From positions 16,058,001 through 16,122,000 of the forward strand of contig OZ059894.1 in assembly GCA_964057225.1 (NCBI GenBank): a stretch of DNA of 64,000 nucleotides. The letters are read 5' to 3'. The notes beneath the pieces were generated by a model. The model was not told where the DNA came from and did not search any database. It saw nothing but the letters and a program-made list of their open reading frames with translations. A program made the translations under genes and the position numbers. The stretch is from Auanema rhodensis. Taxonomy: Eukaryota > Animalia > Nematoda. Below are positions 61,309-64,000 of this stretch, one piece after another; position 1 is the first letter of the stretch, and the number at the start of each line of letters is the position of its first letter.

Positions 61309-64000
61309 TTCACAATATACAACTATATAAGACCTACACATATTTATTTTTCTATATACACACGTATGTATATACTTTTTAAAAGATTTTAGAATGAGAA
61401 TATAGATTGAGAATGAGAAAAAGAAAAAGATATATTTAAGTCAATTGTTATCAGGTGCAGTTAGCTGTATAATAGAATTTGAAAATAAATCTTGTTCTTT
61501 GATTTTCAAAAATCTTTTTTCGTTTCTCCTATCCATTTTTTCTATATCTTCCATATGTCATCATGATGTTTGCTTGCAGCTCATAAAATTACATTTTGCG
61601 TCAAAGGACTATGTAATTCGTTGGAGAAAATTGGTACTGAAGTTCTATGAGTGCTATTTCTAGGTTTTCAAAATATTGTTGAACTTTGTTCTTCTTAATT
61701 TTAGATTTTTTCTGATGTCATGTTGATATCTTTTACTATTTTTTAGAAAATGCACTCTGAATCTCTGACTTGTTGTCATGTAAAGTGGTCTTCTCAATAT
61801 ATGTCTCCTTCTATCAAGCCCCTTTCATAGCCCACACACTTTAATTTCTTTTTTTTTTACTTTTTTGAACTAAATTCCGAAAATAAACACGTGCATACGT
61901 GTGGAATTAATCAGCAATAACCAAACTTTACTCTGATATTTTTTTTAGAAACATTTAATGCTTTAACTATAGTAATCCGGAAATATTCTATTAATATAGC
62001 GTAAGCATTAGCAGCGCTAAAGATGACGCATGCTTTACAAGCTGCTTTTAGGATTAAGACTCAAAATGTGTGAAACATCTGACTAATTGTATTTTTCTTT
62101 GCTACTCATCATCATCATCGTCATCTTCTTCTTCATGCGTATCCGTTCCTTTTATTTTTCTAGCTCGTGATCATCATTTCTTGAAGAATCCTTTTAAAAT
62201 CTACAGACCAAAAAACTTTTAAGCAGGAGTGGTAGTAGGTTGGACTTCTAGTTCTGATCTCTATTTATTTCGAAAATCCAAAAGACCGCCTGTGAAAATC
62301 TTTCTCAATCTTTCAGATCTTTTACCAAAATCTCGAACAATTTTCTGAAATGGAAAAATGAAAACCAATATCTTTGCAACATTTGAAATTCATTTAAAAT
62401 TCCAGCTTCCTCTACTATGATAACTATTATTATTATTTAAAGTTTTGAATAGCTATCCTATCTTACTTTGAAAAATTAATAATATGTAGGCATGGATCAC
62501 ATTCAAGCGTATTGCAAAATTTTGAAATATGGCAACCAATTACTTTATAACTAATTTACTTAATGATGTCTCTATTGATATCATCCATTCATATTGGCAT
62601 ATCATTCAGATATTCATATAAACCCTTTCGAAATGCGAAGTTTGCTGCTCGAAGGGTCTGCTTCAACAACTTGCCAATTCATATTTAACTCATCTACGGC
62701 TCAAAACGCTAACACTATCTACCAATTTATTTTTTATTTTTTTTAAAGATCTCGTTCATATTAGATAAATATTATATATTTATAAATATTCAGCTGAACG
62801 AATGATCAATTGTACAGCTGCAAGATAAACTTTCTTATAGTCAAAAAAGAACTATTTATTATTTATATTATTATTTTGCTATTTATTATTTCGATTACAA
62901 TATATGTATTCTTATACATTCTCATCTATTTTACGTATTTGATACTCTTTTTGATGTAAAAGTTAGAAGTTATTTTCCTGATTCATTTGTTTATTTTCTT
63001 GGAAAACAACCACTCTGTGCGAATGTGTGTAAATGAAATACATAGTGCCACCTATTATGCATGTTCAACGTGATCCACGTGAAAATTAGCATATCATTTT
63101 GGTTGAAGCTATTATAATACTTATGATAAATCATAGTTTTATATAATCTTATGAAAGATAATAAATTAATTAATTATTTGAAACCTTTTAAGTTTCTTAT
63201 GGGTTTTTATCTTGCAATATACTAAGTGAATACTATGCCTAACTTCATCTATACACCAATTTTATAAATTCTAGTTTTTCTTTTTCCATTTAAAGAGAAT
63301 CTAAGCTGCAAATTTAAACATGGACTACTGAAGTGATACAAATAAAGCGTGCTAGAAAAATCACTTCCTTAAGTTAAAGTTGCCGAAAAATCCTTATAAT
63401 TTATTTAATCTTTCAAAAGTCATTCCAATTATTTTTTAATATGCATATACAAAGAAAAAAAGACAGAAATGTAGACATTTATCTTTTTCTTACTTGATTT
63501 TAAATTTTACTACTTTATATGATTATAAGATGAGTTGTCCCTCGAATTCAAATAATTTTTCATCTATTCTCCTATTATGTGGAAGAAGTAATAGCTGAGA
63601 GTTATGGTTGCTGTAGGAGAAGAGACAAAGAGTGAGAAAGATTTAGTATAAAACAGCGAAATAAAGAGGAGTAGACAGTGAAAAAGAGAGATAGAGAGAG
63701 AGAGAGTAGTTGGTAAGTAGTAGAAGAAAATATGGCACAAGCTTGTCTCCTCATCTATGTACTCGACTCGCTTTTCAAGTCTCTTCAGTTCATGTTCTTT
63801 GTCATATCTTGGAAATCAGAAGCTAATTTTGTCTTCTGACCATCACATCAAGCATTTCAATGTTGTAATGCTTATGGCCCATGATATGGGATGATGTTTA
63901 ATGTCAAAGAATCAGAAAGTAAAATTAAACTATGGCTTTATAGAGTTTCTTTAATGACCGTTTCTATTCCTGTATCAGATTCTTCTCAACTGAGTTAACT

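Overview
AT-rich eukaryotic genomic DNA from a rhabditid (clade V-like) nematode, with short (~45-60 nt) GT-AG introns and TTTCAG acceptors. It is not prokaryotic, and most ORFs in the supplied track are exon fragments or shadow ORFs. Gene models were spliced by hand. In order: eat-6 Na+/K+-ATPase alpha (-), an MSP-domain protein (+), an ech-8/9-like 3-hydroxyacyl-CoA dehydrogenase (-), a lipl-type acid lipase (-), a cluster of six secreted Cys/Pro/Gly-rich cuticlin-2-like genes (18-33 kb), a purple acid phosphatase (-), a TWK K2P channel (+), an srg-like chemoreceptor (-), a DB-module protein (+), eef-1G (-) head-to-head with ctf-4 (+), and an SLC22 transporter (-). The most notable signal is non-coding. 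(i) A lipase intron holds four copies of a ~155-nt box C/D-like RNA gene, each with an snRNA-type (PSE-like) promoter at identical spacing. (ii) A ctf-4 intron holds an H/ACA RNA whose 3' pocket fits U2 snRNA at the U27-equivalent in U2/U6 helix I. (iii) eef-1G introns hold U19/SNORA74 and a second H/ACA guide. (iv) A scrambled, partly inverted 2.5-kb duplication of the eef-1G/ctf-4 locus destroyed the coding pieces but left three extra intact snoRNA copies. Reference sequences were recalled from memory; no database searches were run.
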